Below are positions 29,132 to 39,616 of a DNA stretch of 64,000 bases, piece after piece. Made by a program: the position numbers and the translations under genes. The stretch lies in the NCBI GenBank assembly GCA_050950765.1, contig JBMNIF010000002.1, positions 960,001 to 1,024,000 of the forward strand, written 5' to 3'. Position 1 is the first letter of the stretch. The number at the start of each line of letters is the position of its first letter. The DNA is from Bdellovibrionota bacterium (GTDB taxonomy: Bacteria > Bdellovibrionota_C > UBA2361 > JAAYZI01). The notes below the pieces were generated by a model. That model did not search any database and was not told where the DNA came from. It was given only the letters and a program-made list of their open reading frames with translations.

Positions 29132-30109
29132 ATGGATGAATATACCCCTGTGAGACTGGAGTTTGATTCCAGTCTTACCTGTAAGCTCTGTGGCTCTAAG
29201 GAAATTACAGAACTTCTTGAAGGAGTTAAAGATCCTTTAGGTCATGTGGCAGAAAGTTTTTCAATTTATAAATGTAATTCCTGTCAGGTTGCATTTACTT
29301 TTCCTGTGATTCGTAATTCTGATCTCGGGTTTCTTTACGCAGGACAATATTTTTCTGCAGCAGATGAGTTGAGTTGGGCAGAGCGGCTGTATAGAAACGA
29401 TCAATATCGGTATGATTTTAAACTATTTCGTTCTTTAGTCAGTCGTCATTCAAAAATACTTGATTATGGGTGCGGGAATGGCTCAAGAGTCAGGTATTTG
29501 TGGAGTAAGGGATACGAAAACGTAGAAGGGGTCGATAAGTACAAGCAAGGTGGTGAGGTTGTAGATCAGCGCCTTATCGGCTGTGATCCTCTACACTATT
29601 ACCCCCAAGAGAAGTATGACGTAGTGACAGTTTATCATGTTTTTGAGCATCTGCCGGACATTAAAAGTCACATTAGTCATATTCGAAAGAACTTGTTGTT
29701 GCCGGATGGTCTTTTAGTTGTGCAAGTTCCGAACTTTGATTGCTGGCAACGAAGGTATGGTGGGTCATCTTGGGTAGTGCTTGATGTTCCTAGGCATTAT
29801 TGGCATTTTAATCAGAAGAGCCTAACCACTCTTTTACTCCAGCAAGACTTTAAGATTATTAAGACGGTAGCGAGGAATTCTATTTTTCATCCAACCTCCA
29901 TTTTAAGTACGGTTTTTGGATATGATATTCGAACGCAGTGGCGAAATGGCAACAAATCGCCACTCAGGTTGCAGGTGGAATTTCTTTTTTTACACCTATT
30001 AGCTACCCCTTTGGTTTTTCTCGAGAATATTTGCCAAAATAGTTCGATACTAAACGTAGTTGCTAGAAACAGTGCGACAGGTTTTGTGGGGGAGGAGATC
30101 AAGCGGTGA
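29132..30109 (+). CDS. Class I SAM methyltransferase with N-terminal Cys motifs (polysaccharide-locus type)
   Basis: Motifs CxxC...CxxC, ILDYGCGNG, HVFEH, VPN, PRHYWHF. Confidence 0.85.
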   Translation: MDEYTPVRLEFDSSLTCKLCGSKEITELLEGVKDPLGHVAESFSIYKCNSCQVAFTFPVIRNSDLGFLYAGQYFSAADELSWAERLYRNDQYRYDFKLFRSLVSRHSKILDYGCGNGSRVRYLWSKGYENVEGVDKYKQGGEVVDQRLIGCDPLHYYPQEKYDVVTVYHVFEHLPDIKSHISHIRKNLLLPDGLLVVQVPNFDCWQRRYGGSSWVVLDVPRHYWHFNQKSLTTLLLQQDFKIIKTVARNSIFHPTSILSTVFGYDIRTQWRNGNKSPLRLQVEFLFLHLLATPLVFLENICQNSSILNVVARNSATGFVGEEIKR

Positions 30110-30891
30110 AAATTTCTGTAGTTACACCAGTTCTAAATGGTGAGCGCTTTCTTGCTCAAACGATTGAAAGTGTTCTTGGACAGCAGGGAGATTTTGAACT
30201 TGAGTATATTATTCGTGATGGTGGTTCTACTGATAATACCTTAGCGATTGCTAAAAGTTATGCTGGGGATCCTCGGGTAACAGTCATATCTGAGAGGGAT
30301 CAATCAAATTACGATGCTATTGATAAAGCAATGGCGCTGGTGACTGGTGATATTGGTTGTTGGATTAATGCTGATGATTATTACGAACCTGGGACCTTTA
30401 AAAAGGTGATAGAGGCTTTTCGCAGGTCTCCTGAGCGAATGTGGTTGTATGGGCGTTGTGACATTATTGATGAAAACAACAAAGAGATTCGAAAGTTAAT
30501 CACCTTTTATAAAAACATACTGGGTTGGTTTTACAGTTACAGACTTTTGTTGTGCGAGAATTATATTAATCAGCCAGCAACTTTTTGGAAAATGGATCTC
30601 TGGCGAGAGGTTGGTGGGCTTTCAATGCAATATCGTATAGCAGCTGATTACCATCTTTGGCTAAAGATGGCGCAGCGTTCATCTGCTATCAGTGTTCACG
30701 ATTGTCTGGCGCATTTTCGACGGTGTGGACAGTCGATTAGTGACAATCACTTTGAAAGGCAGTTTTCCGAGGAATTGAAGATTGCCGCCGAATATGGTGG
30801 ATGGTTAGTACGACTAATTCATCGTTTTAACAGTTGGAAAACTGTAACGGTTTACAGATTATTAAGATGGAAGAAAAGAAACGTATCTTAA
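30106..30891 (+). CDS. Glycosyltransferase family 2 (WcaE-like)
   Basis: Motifs KISVVTP, DGGSTD, INADD, QPATF, DYHLW. Confidence 0.9.
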   Translation: MKISVVTPVLNGERFLAQTIESVLGQQGDFELEYIIRDGGSTDNTLAIAKSYAGDPRVTVISERDQSNYDAIDKAMALVTGDIGCWINADDYYEPGTFKKVIEAFRRSPERMWLYGRCDIIDENNKEIRKLITFYKNILGWFYSYRLLLCENYINQPATFWKMDLWREVGGLSMQYRIAADYHLWLKMAQRSSAISVHDCLAHFRRCGQSISDNHFERQFSEELKIAAEYGGWLVRLIHRFNSWKTVTVYRLLRWKKRNVS

Positions 30892-31841
30892 TTACTGGCG
30901 GGAGTGGATTCATCGGGACTAATCTTGTTGAATTCTATCTTGAAAAGGGTTGGGATGTCCTTAGTCTTGATAGCGCATCGCCACGTAATGAAAAGCACAA
31001 AATCTGTTTCAGACAAGTTGATATTCTTAATCGACAAGATTTGCTTCAGGCGTTTAAGGATTTTAATCCACACTATTTGGTTCATCTTGCGGCTCGTACC
31101 GATCTCGATGAGACTAAAGACTTACACGGTTATGACAGTAATATGCAGGGAGTTAGTAACGTTTTAGAAGCATGCAATTCCTGTCATTTGTTGGAACGAG
31201 CAATATTTGCGTCCAGTATGTTGGTATGTCGTTTTGGCTACATTCCGAAAAATGATGACGATTATGCTCCAAATACCCTTTATGGTGAGAGTAAGGTTGT
31301 AACAGAAAAGATTATAAAAGAATCACCTCCATCTTGTTCATGGCTGATTGTCAGACCAACTTCAATATGGGGTCCATGGTTTGGGGTTCCTTACAGGAGC
31401 TTTTTTGAGTGTGTGATAAAAGGGATATTCGTGCATCCTGGTAAACGTGCCGGAACTGCCACTTATGGTTATATTGGTAATACTGTTTGCCAGATTGATG
31501 CCTTGCTGCAGGCAGAGGATGAGAAGGTGCGGGGGAAGATTTTTTATTTGGGGGATGAGCCAGCTAATAATTTATCTGAATGGGCTGATGAGATCGCTTC
31601 GGTAGCTTCCCGAAGGTTATTAAGAATTCCTTATGGCTTGATGCGTGTGGCTGCGTTAGTGGGGGATCTCCTTGGAATGGTGGGAATAACGGCTCCTTTA
31701 ACCTCCTTTCGGTTGCGGAATATGACCTCTGACAATAGCCTTGATTTATCAAAAACGGTTGAAGTAACAGGGAGTCCCCTCTATTCGCGTGTTGAGGGTG
31801 TAAGAAAGACGATTAAATGGCTGCAGGAGGAGTCTGTATAG
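30867..31841 (+). CDS. NAD-dependent epimerase/dehydratase
   Basis: Motifs ITGGSGFIG, HLAA, YGESK (YxxxK). Confidence 0.9.
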   Translation: MEEKKRILITGGSGFIGTNLVEFYLEKGWDVLSLDSASPRNEKHKICFRQVDILNRQDLLQAFKDFNPHYLVHLAARTDLDETKDLHGYDSNMQGVSNVLEACNSCHLLERAIFASSMLVCRFGYIPKNDDDYAPNTLYGESKVVTEKIIKESPPSCSWLIVRPTSIWGPWFGVPYRSFFECVIKGIFVHPGKRAGTATYGYIGNTVCQIDALLQAEDEKVRGKIFYLGDEPANNLSEWADEIASVASRRLLRIPYGLMRVAALVGDLLGMVGITAPLTSFRLRNMTSDNSLDLSKTVEVTGSPLYSRVEGVRKTIKWLQEESV

Positions 31842-32031
31842 GCTATAGTTTTGTAAGATTGAAGGGGGTTGATGCAGCGAAGTCAAAACACTCAAGAAAT
31901 TCGTCCCAATCTTTGGGCTGCTTTATCATTCTGTCGATGTTAAATTGTAGTTTACTTTTCCAAGAAGTGCCTTTTGGATTATACTTAAAAAACTCAACAC
32001 TAAAATTCGTTGATGTAAAATCTAAATTATT

Positions 32032-33357
32032 TTACGACAAGGAGTGTTTTTCCGTGAACCTATACCAGAGCGGTACCCTTAAAAATTGAGAGATAGTTTT
32101 TCCGTCTTCCAAAATTTGCTCTTTACCGCCGTAGGAGATGACATTGAAACGAGAGGTGTCATTCAGAACTAAATTAATTTCGTGACAGAAGTAAAAAACA
32201 TCGTTTGGAGAGTCACTAGAGCGTACCGCATGAGATGTAATCTGAATCGCTTTAATTGTTTGTAAAGCGAAGAGATTTTTTGATTTAGGGTTTGTTACGT
32301 TGTTAGGAGGTTTAGATCCTTCCCAATAGTAGCCCAACCTTTTATCGAAATTTTTTACTCTAGTAAGACCGTGTGAGACTGCCACTATAAAGGGGAGGAT
32401 AATAAAAAAAAGTATACCGGCAGCAGCCATAAGGAACTCGGAAGTATTCATGCCGATAAAAAAAAGTGTTATTCCTAAGATACCAAAGATGAGAAAAAAG
32501 ATCTTACAAAAATTAGTAGGTTTATATTGTAAGAGGTAGTCGTCTTTTCTAATTAGATTGTGAGTTTTGAAAGTTGAACTAAACCCCGTTGCTGGAGTCC
32601 AATCTATTCTCTTACAGAATGGATCCGTTATCTGTGAAATGTTTTCATCACAATATTCGTCCGGCTTGTCACTCATTTCGTCGTTCAAAATGTAGTCCTT
32701 GAAAGGATCTTCAGTAGTAGCTGATGAGTAATTACAGGAAGCCTGATCCCTAAAGTCAGCGTAGGTCTTTAAATGGTAGCCTAGATCGGGCTTTCCTTCT
32801 GTGTCAATGACTCCCTTTTTGAAAAAAACCCCTTTAATTAGCACTATTTCGAGTATAAGTAAGATAAGTCCGAAAAGTGTAACGACCACTGCAATGGGTA
32901 GGTTTAAGCCATCTAATATCTCTGATTTTAAGATCGAATCGGAATGGTCTAACGGATTGTAAAGAACATCTACAGCTGATCCTTGTGGATACTTAGCGAT
33001 GAATTCTTCAGCCGCTGCTTTTTGAGAAACTGTTTCTTTTGAGGGGATAAAGTTATCAGATCTTGTAACTCCGTTAATAGTATATTCATAAATAATGACA
33101 GGACGATAAAGATGAAAGGTGTCGCCGCATGGAGAGGAACCAAATTCCTGTCTTATGTTTGAAGATAGGACATGCCCCTCTACATGGGAGTATTTTTGAG
33201 CATGAACACCTCTTGAAACAACTTGATATAAGTTGTTTTGTAATAAAAAAGGGAGGATGTCAGGGTTAAGCATAAAGAGAAGAAGGAGTGGCAATATAAA
33301 TAGTTGTGTAATAAGAAAAGCGGTAACTTTATGAACTTTATAATTATGAACTCCCAT
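32032..33357 (-). CDS. Membrane protein with DUF3592-like domain
   Basis: V.GHVLSS...YRPVIIYEYTING...YPQGSAVDVLYNP pattern; second TM pair and C-terminal domain. Confidence 0.65.
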   Translation of the reverse strand: MGVHNYKVHKVTAFLITQLFILPLLLLFMLNPDILPFLLQNNLYQVVSRGVHAQKYSHVEGHVLSSNIRQEFGSSPCGDTFHLYRPVIIYEYTINGVTRSDNFIPSKETVSQKAAAEEFIAKYPQGSAVDVLYNPLDHSDSILKSEILDGLNLPIAVVVTLFGLILLILEIVLIKGVFFKKGVIDTEGKPDLGYHLKTYADFRDQASCNYSSATTEDPFKDYILNDEMSDKPDEYCDENISQITDPFCKRIDWTPATGFSSTFKTHNLIRKDDYLLQYKPTNFCKIFFLIFGILGITLFFIGMNTSEFLMAAAGILFFIILPFIVAVSHGLTRVKNFDKRLGYYWEGSKPPNNVTNPKSKNLFALQTIKAIQITSHAVRSSDSPNDVFYFCHEINLVLNDTSRFNVISYGGKEQILEDGKTISQFLRVPLWYRFTEKHSLS

Positions 33358-33764
33358 GTCTATCTGTGTCGGATTTTTTCTAACGCCACTAAAGTTTAAA
33401 ATTAGTAAATACTTAAAGGGTAGATTAAAACGGAAGTTGTAAAACAGAGTGTCTATTAAAAGTTATTCAAACAAGATTTTTCCGTAAGAAATACGGTACT
33501 TAAAAGCAAGGTACCCTCTTTTAGCCTTAGCGCAGAACGTTTTTGGTGTGAGCATGCGGGGGGGGGGAGGGTTTTTTTAGAAAACGAAAGATCCTTATTT
33601 TATAGTAGGTGTTTTGACTTTGGTAGATCCGGATCAGGAGCCTTAAATTTAAAGTGTGTTGTGACACTGTATTTATTTGTTCTGTTTCGTGCTAACATAT
33701 TGGGCTGGTGTTTCTCGATAAGGATATTTTAATACACTTAGAAGTGAAGGGGAGATTCTTAAAA

Positions 33765-34631
33765 ATGAATGAAGCAGATCTCGCTGCTCTCTATGAGGCG
33801 CAGCGGTCGGAATTAACAGAAAATAAAGTTTATACGTTATTGGCAAAAATTGAGAAGGATCCTGACAATAAGAAAGTCCTCTTAAAGTTGGCAGGAGAGG
33901 AGGGGAATCACGCCAAGATTTTAGAAAAATATACCAATAAGAAAGCTTCGTTGAAGCCTTTGACCGTTTTTAAGTTTTATTGGTTGGCACGAATCTTAGG
34001 GGTTACATTTGCAATAAAGTTGATGGAAAGGCAGGAGGGGAACGCTGAAAACTTTTATGCTAAGTTTACAGAATATCCGGAGCTGCAAAAAATAGCACAT
34101 GAAGAAAATAACCATGAAATGCACCTCGTCGCTATGATCAATGAAGAGCGTTTGGAGTATATGGGCTCTGTGGTGCTCGGGTTAAATGATGCTTTAGTTG
34201 AATTTACAGGTGCCTTAGCAGGATTTACCTTAGCTTTAAATGATGCTCCGCTAATTGCACTTACGGGGAGTATTACGGGTATCTCAGCAGCTCTCTCTAT
34301 GGCATCATCGGAATATCTTGCTACTAAATCAGAAAATGACGATACCAAGCATCCCGTTAAAGCCGCCATCTATACAGGAATCGCTTATATTATTACGGTA
34401 GCTATCTTAATCTCGCCGTTTATCTTTATAAGTAATGTTCTGTTAGCGCTTGCTACGATGTTGGTTTTTGCGTTGATAATTATCGCACTGTTTAATTACT
34501 ATTACAGTGTGGCGCGTGGTGAAAGTTTTAAAAAACGTTTTTCAGAGATGGCGATATTGAGCTTCTCCGTAGCTGGTATCAGTTTTCTTATCGGATATGC
34601 TTTAAAGTGCTTTACCGGTATTGAAGTATAG
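33765..34631 (+). CDS. Rubrerythrin-like/VIT1-CCC1 fusion metal transporter
   Basis: N-terminal EExxH repeats (EEGNH, EENNH); C-terminal VLGLNDALVE, SMASSEYL. Confidence 0.88.
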   Translation: MNEADLAALYEAQRSELTENKVYTLLAKIEKDPDNKKVLLKLAGEEGNHAKILEKYTNKKASLKPLTVFKFYWLARILGVTFAIKLMERQEGNAENFYAKFTEYPELQKIAHEENNHEMHLVAMINEERLEYMGSVVLGLNDALVEFTGALAGFTLALNDAPLIALTGSITGISAALSMASSEYLATKSENDDTKHPVKAAIYTGIAYIITVAILISPFIFISNVLLALATMLVFALIIIALFNYYYSVARGESFKKRFSEMAILSFSVAGISFLIGYALKCFTGIEV

Positions 34632-34776
34632 CTCTGATCCGTTATTTTGTGATCTATATATTATCAAATATTTTTTTATGATTTTCAAACTTGACGAAAA
34701 CTTAATAGTTCGGTAGCAAGGGGGCTAAAAATTCCCCCGATTCAATAAAAACGTAAATATATATAATGGGATCTTT

Positions 34777-37044
34777 ATGGATTGGTATCTTGTCGCTGTT
34801 ATCTTACTCCTTGCCTTCGCTGTTTTAGATCTGATCGTTGGTGTTGCAAATGATGCAGTTAATTTTCTAAATTCTGCTCTCGGGTCAAAAGTAGCTCCTT
34901 ATGTTGTTATTATGACCGTCGCCAGTTTAGGCATCATCTGCGGCGTGCTTTTTTCGAGTGGCATGATGGAGGTCGCTAGAAAGGGTATCTTTAACCCTTG
35001 GCAGTTCACGATGCCTGAGCTCATGACAGTTTTTTTCGCCGTTGTTTGTTCGGATATTATCTTGCTCGATATCTTTAATAGTCACGGCTTGCCGACCTCT
35101 ACAACTGTAGCGATCGTCTTTAATCTTTTGGGAGCATCAGTTGCCGCTGCTTCGATTAAGATCTTTGCTAAGGGTGCAACACTTGCAGAGCTAGGAGAGT
35201 ACATCAATAGTGAAAAAGCGTTAGTTATTATCTCTGGTATCGTGCTTTCTATCGCAGTAGCTTTTTTCTTTGGTGTGATAGTGCAACTTTTATCACGCTT
35301 ACTCTTTACCTTCAATGTTGAAGCTAAAGTAAAACGGTACGGAGCTCTTTGGGGAGGGCTTGCCTTAGCCTCCATCACCAGATTTATCTTAATCGATGGC
35401 GCTAAAGGCACGTCTTTTATGACACCTGAAAATTTACAGTGGCTGGAAAATAATTCCCTCCTTGTTTTAGGGTTAGTTTTTGTGGTTAGTGCCATCATTT
35501 TAGAGGTGCTGATCTGTTTAAAGGTTAATATATTTAAACCCATCATTCTAATCGGAACGTTCGCTTTAGCTCTATCATTTGCGGCTAATGACTTAGTTAA
35601 TTTTATCGGGGTGCCTTTAGCAGGGTTATCTGCATACTTAATAGCGCATTCTACGCCGAATCCGTTAACTGTCATGATGGATGATCTGGCAAAACCGGTA
35701 CAGACGCAGACATACTTTTTATTGACTGCCGGAATTATTATGGTTGCGACACTCTGGCTTTCCAAACGTTCAAAAACGGTTTCACAAACGGAGATTAACT
35801 TATGTCGTCAAGATGAGGGGATAGAGCGTTACGAATCAAACGCCGTAGCACGTGCTATCGTGCGAGCGACAACGCAGTTTTTGGAGGTAGGGAAGGTCTT
35901 GTTGCCGAAACCTCTTTTGAAAGCGGCACAACGTCGTTTGGATACGACGTGTGTTTTAGAGCGTGAAGGGGTGGCTTCGTTTGACCTCTTAAGAGCTTCC
36001 GTTAATTTAATGGTTGCCAGTGCGATCGTTTCTTTTGCAACTTCATTAAAGCTTCCGCTTTCAACGACTTTTGTAACATTTATGGTCGCTATGGGTTCCT
36101 CTTTTGCAGACCAAGCTTGGGGCAGAGAGTCCGCTGTTTATCGTGTGGCGGGCGTTTTGACAGTTGTTTCAGGTTGGTTTGCTACGGCGCTCTTTGCTCT
36201 CGTAGTTTCTTTTATCTTCACTATTATTATTCATTATCTCGGAGTTGCTGGGGCGTTTGGTATAGTTTGTCTCCTCGTATGCTCTTTATACCGCACACAT
36301 AAAGCACACGGCAAAAAAGAGAAAGAAAAAGAGGCTGAAGAGGTTTTTAATTTAAAGAAATTAAAGGATCCGCAGGAGGCAGTTTCAATCACCTTTCAAC
36401 ATACCGCAATTTTTATTGCAGAGATTAGAAGTGGTTTAAATGAAACGTTAGAAGCTCTGTTTGCGGAGAACCTTTCCGAATTAAACGCTCAAAAAGCAAA
36501 GGTTAAAAAGTTACGTAATTGGTCGAACATTATTACTGCAAATATCTTTAAATCTCTACGCATCTTGGAGTCGGCAGATAATGTTGAATGGCATAAATAT
36601 ACACAGTCTATTCGTTGTTTGCAGAGTATAGCAGAAGGTTATGGAGATGTAGTAGCACGCTCGTATACTCATATCCGCGATCAACATAAAGGTTTGTTAG
36701 CTATTCAAATTGAAGAAGCAAGGGGGCTAATAACTCTTTTTAATGAGATCTTGCAAAATGTAGAAACAATGCTTTCTCAGGATCAAGCTATTAGATACGA
36801 TGATGTTCTTAAGCAACATGAAGCGTTACGTAATGCTATCGATAAGATCAACGCTATTCAGATTGAGCGGATAAAAGATCGTTCTTCTAAGACGAGGTTG
36901 AGCATCCTTTTTTATGCTGTGATCGGGAATATGCGTCGAATATCTAGACAAAATTTACGCTTACTAGAGATCTTTCAAGAATCTCTCTTGGGTGAAGTCG
37001 TAAAAGAAAAAGATGGTGGAGCTGAACCACTTGAATCAGTCTAA
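34777..37044 (+). CDS. PiT-family inorganic phosphate transporter with PhoU-like C-terminus
   Basis: Motifs GVANDAVN, LPTSTT, AANDLVN, LPLSTT; helical cytoplasmic tail. Confidence 0.88.
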   Translation: MDWYLVAVILLLAFAVLDLIVGVANDAVNFLNSALGSKVAPYVVIMTVASLGIICGVLFSSGMMEVARKGIFNPWQFTMPELMTVFFAVVCSDIILLDIFNSHGLPTSTTVAIVFNLLGASVAAASIKIFAKGATLAELGEYINSEKALVIISGIVLSIAVAFFFGVIVQLLSRLLFTFNVEAKVKRYGALWGGLALASITRFILIDGAKGTSFMTPENLQWLENNSLLVLGLVFVVSAIILEVLICLKVNIFKPIILIGTFALALSFAANDLVNFIGVPLAGLSAYLIAHSTPNPLTVMMDDLAKPVQTQTYFLLTAGIIMVATLWLSKRSKTVSQTEINLCRQDEGIERYESNAVARAIVRATTQFLEVGKVLLPKPLLKAAQRRLDTTCVLEREGVASFDLLRASVNLMVASAIVSFATSLKLPLSTTFVTFMVAMGSSFADQAWGRESAVYRVAGVLTVVSGWFATALFALVVSFIFTIIIHYLGVAGAFGIVCLLVCSLYRTHKAHGKKEKEKEAEEVFNLKKLKDPQEAVSITFQHTAIFIAEIRSGLNETLEALFAENLSELNAQKAKVKKLRNWSNIITANIFKSLRILESADNVEWHKYTQSIRCLQSIAEGYGDVVARSYTHIRDQHKGLLAIQIEEARGLITLFNEILQNVETMLSQDQAIRYDDVLKQHEALRNAIDKINAIQIERIKDRSSKTRLSILFYAVIGNMRRISRQNLRLLEIFQESLLGEVVKEKDGGAEPLESV

Positions 37045-37186
37045 GTACTGTCCCTTTAAAATGTTTTATTTGTAATTACGCTGCCTTATGTTAATGAATG
37101 GGCTAGCGAGGTAAGGTTTTTGCGCCTCTTGCAGCGGGATTGTTATCTAAGATGAGAAAAGTCGGTGTTAAAATACAGATAGAGAG

Positions 37187-38554
37187 ATGAAATTTATAAT
37201 TGTCGGTGCAGGAAATGTAGGACTTGGATTGGCTGAACGGTTGGTTAGTAACCAACACGATGTGGTTGTAATCGAAAAAAAAGAGAGTGTTGTCCGTGCC
37301 ATCCCTAATTCTCTTGATATCCAAGTTATTAAAGGTAATGCCTGCTCAACTCAAGTTTTGTTAGATGCTGGTTTAAAAGATGCAGACTATTTAATCGCTG
37401 CTAGTAATAACGATGAAGCTAATATCTCGGTTTGTCTACTTGGGAAATTGATCAATCCCTTACCGAAACGGGTTGTTAGGTTACATAACGTCGATTTTCA
37501 TAAACGTATTATAGCTGAAGAAAAATTATCGGAATATTTTGATCTGATTATCGATCCAGATCAGGCCGGTGCAGAGTACCTCTTTCGTCTTTTAAAAGTA
37601 GTGGGGGCGCGAGATGTTGTAGAGTTTGCTGAAGGGAAGTTGATCGCTCTTGGCTTGGAGATAAAAGATGGTGCTAAAATCGCTGGTAAAAAACTGGGCG
37701 CTCTAAAAGGGATGATTTCAGATGCTCCATTTCTGGTTTTAGGTGTAGTACGAGATCAGAAGTTAATGATTCCATCTGGAAAAGATCGTCTGCGTGTAGG
37801 AGATATCGCATATATCGTTACACCTTTAAATAAAACAGAGACTATTTTTGATCTGTGCGGACAAAAGTTGGAATCGCCTAAATTTATTGTGATTTGGGGT
37901 GGCTCAACCTTAGCGCTTAGTTTGGCTGATATGTTGGAACACACCTCCATTCAAACTAAGATAATAGTGCCGGAGGTAAAAGACGGTGGTTTGTCGTATT
38001 TGGATCGCTTTAAAAATGTTCTAATTTTGCAGGGCGATGGTACAGATATGCAGCTTTTAATGCAGGAGAATATTGCAGATGCTGATGTTTTTGTTGCTGC
38101 AACAAATGATGAAGAGAGTAATATTTTAGGTGCTATTTTAGCAAAGAAATTAGGTGCAACCTCAACTATGGCGATGGTCAATAAGAGGGCGTATCTCTCA
38201 CTCCTTTCAACTTTAGGTGTTGATTGTGTAGTTAATTCTAGAATTGCCGCAGCTTCTTCTATCTTCAGATATCTCCACGCTGGTTCTGTGCTTTCAGAGC
38301 TTTCAATGGAGCAAAGTAATGCTGGGTTCGTCGAGATAGAAGTTTCAGAGAGATCAAAATTAGCCGGAAAATTAATTCAAGATCTGGTATTCCCCCCCAG
38401 AATTTTAATCGCTGCTATTGAAAGGCAAGGAGAGGTTTTAATCCCGACAGGTGCTGATGAAATTCTTGTCGGTGATGTCGTTGTAATCTTCTTATTTAAA
38501 ACAGAGATGCGTAAACTGGAGAAGATACTACAAGTTAAGTTGGAGATGACTTAA
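37187..38554 (+). CDS. trkA: Trk potassium uptake regulatory subunit
   Basis: Two RCK_N/RCK_C pairs; VGAGNVG, GDGTD. Confidence 0.92.
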   Translation: MKFIIVGAGNVGLGLAERLVSNQHDVVVIEKKESVVRAIPNSLDIQVIKGNACSTQVLLDAGLKDADYLIAASNNDEANISVCLLGKLINPLPKRVVRLHNVDFHKRIIAEEKLSEYFDLIIDPDQAGAEYLFRLLKVVGARDVVEFAEGKLIALGLEIKDGAKIAGKKLGALKGMISDAPFLVLGVVRDQKLMIPSGKDRLRVGDIAYIVTPLNKTETIFDLCGQKLESPKFIVIWGGSTLALSLADMLEHTSIQTKIIVPEVKDGGLSYLDRFKNVLILQGDGTDMQLLMQENIADADVFVAATNDEESNILGAILAKKLGATSTMAMVNKRAYLSLLSTLGVDCVVNSRIAAASSIFRYLHAGSVLSELSMEQSNAGFVEIEVSERSKLAGKLIQDLVFPPRILIAAIERQGEVLIPTGADEILVGDVVVIFLFKTEMRKLEKILQVKLEMT

Positions 38555-38622
38555 TAAAAAAGCTAGAAAAAGAAAGATATCTCTGGTTAGTTAATAGAGC
38601 GTTTTTATCTTTATATGTTGAA

Positions 38623-38658
38623 GTTGTGCGTGACATTGTTTAAAAGGTCACGCACAAC
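38623..38658. terminator. Hairpin between convergent trkA and ndk
   Basis: 12 bp inverted repeat GTTGTGCGTGAC / GTCACGCACAAC. Confidence 0.7.
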
Positions 38659-38671
38659 GCCCTCAAACCTA

Positions 38672-39418
38672 TTACTCGTTAATCATATATTTAGCAGCAA
38701 TAGACTCAAGTGGTGTGGTAGGTGTTTTACCTGCGATAATCGCTTCTAACGCAGCTAAATCAGATGCCCAAACGGTGTCACCTGCTGCAACTAAACAGGT
38801 AGAACCTTTTTCCCACTTCTGAGTTAGTTTGCCGTTATTGTAGTAATAAAGATCTTCGGCAGTTTTAGTGGCGTACTGTCTCATAGCAGGTTGAACATCA
38901 TTCGGTTTGAACCAAAGTTTAATTTCACGTTCAGCGTCTGCGGTATTGGCAGAAGCGTGAATTAAATTATCCATCCTATCACCGATGGAGTTGCCCGCTT
39001 CATCTTTCAGAGGAACTACTGTTCCAAGTGCTCTAATACAACCTGGTTTGGTATCTCTTGCAACGTGAGGATTGGTGGGACCGCAGATAGCACGGATCTT
39101 TGCAACCGCATCACTACCTTGATAAATCAGAGCGATAACACGTCTACGATCTGCCTCTGCTTCGGAATAGTGTAACTTGCCGCAGATGTATTCAAGTAGG
39201 GAGGGGAAAAAGACTTTGCCCTTATGTTCAGCATAGTGCTCTTCGGCGAGCATCTTTGAAACGCTCACTACTTTAGCTCCGGCAAAATATAAACCGGTAT
39301 GAAATTCAGAAAGTTGAGAAAGAACATAGCCGGTTAAAGAATTACGCATAGCGTCCGGCTTGATCAAAACAAGAGTCGATTGTGTATCTGTATTTTGCAT
39401 TTTATTAACAAGCTCCAT
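38672..39418 (-). CDS. ndk: Nucleoside-diphosphate kinase, long form
   Basis: Motifs TLVLIKPDA, HYAEHKGKVFF, GPTNP, NLIHAS, EREIKLWF; C-terminal extension. Confidence 0.9.
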   Translation of the reverse strand: MELVNKMQNTDTQSTLVLIKPDAMRNSLTGYVLSQLSEFHTGLYFAGAKVVSVSKMLAEEHYAEHKGKVFFPSLLEYICGKLHYSEAEADRRRVIALIYQGSDAVAKIRAICGPTNPHVARDTKPGCIRALGTVVPLKDEAGNSIGDRMDNLIHASANTADAEREIKLWFKPNDVQPAMRQYATKTAEDLYYYNNGKLTQKWEKGSTCLVAAGDTVWASDLAALEAIIAGKTPTTPLESIAAKYMINE

Positions 39419-39616
39419 ATTTGGTAAAAAACATGATAGAGTAAACGGTAATACTATTTTTTTACAAAATCAATGTAGGCGGCATTTAAGTTAAAAGGAG
39501 AGGATAGATCGCTCCATCCTGATGTAAATGAATTCAGGTAGATCTAATACCTTTACTTGATACAATAACGATCTTTAGAGACCCCTAAAAAACGGGATGA
39601 ATAGCTTTTTTACTTT

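Noticed and set aside
33558..33567. G10 tract as a phase-variation switch
   Set aside because: Intergenic and not clearly within a promoter spacer. Other G-runs (11223, 54903) suggest a general compositional tendency.
35082..35765. 227 aa antisense ORF, and similar shadow ORFs (3092, 8603, 13340, 43677, 58899 and others)
   Set aside because: They lie fully opposite well-supported genes and have no motifs of their own.
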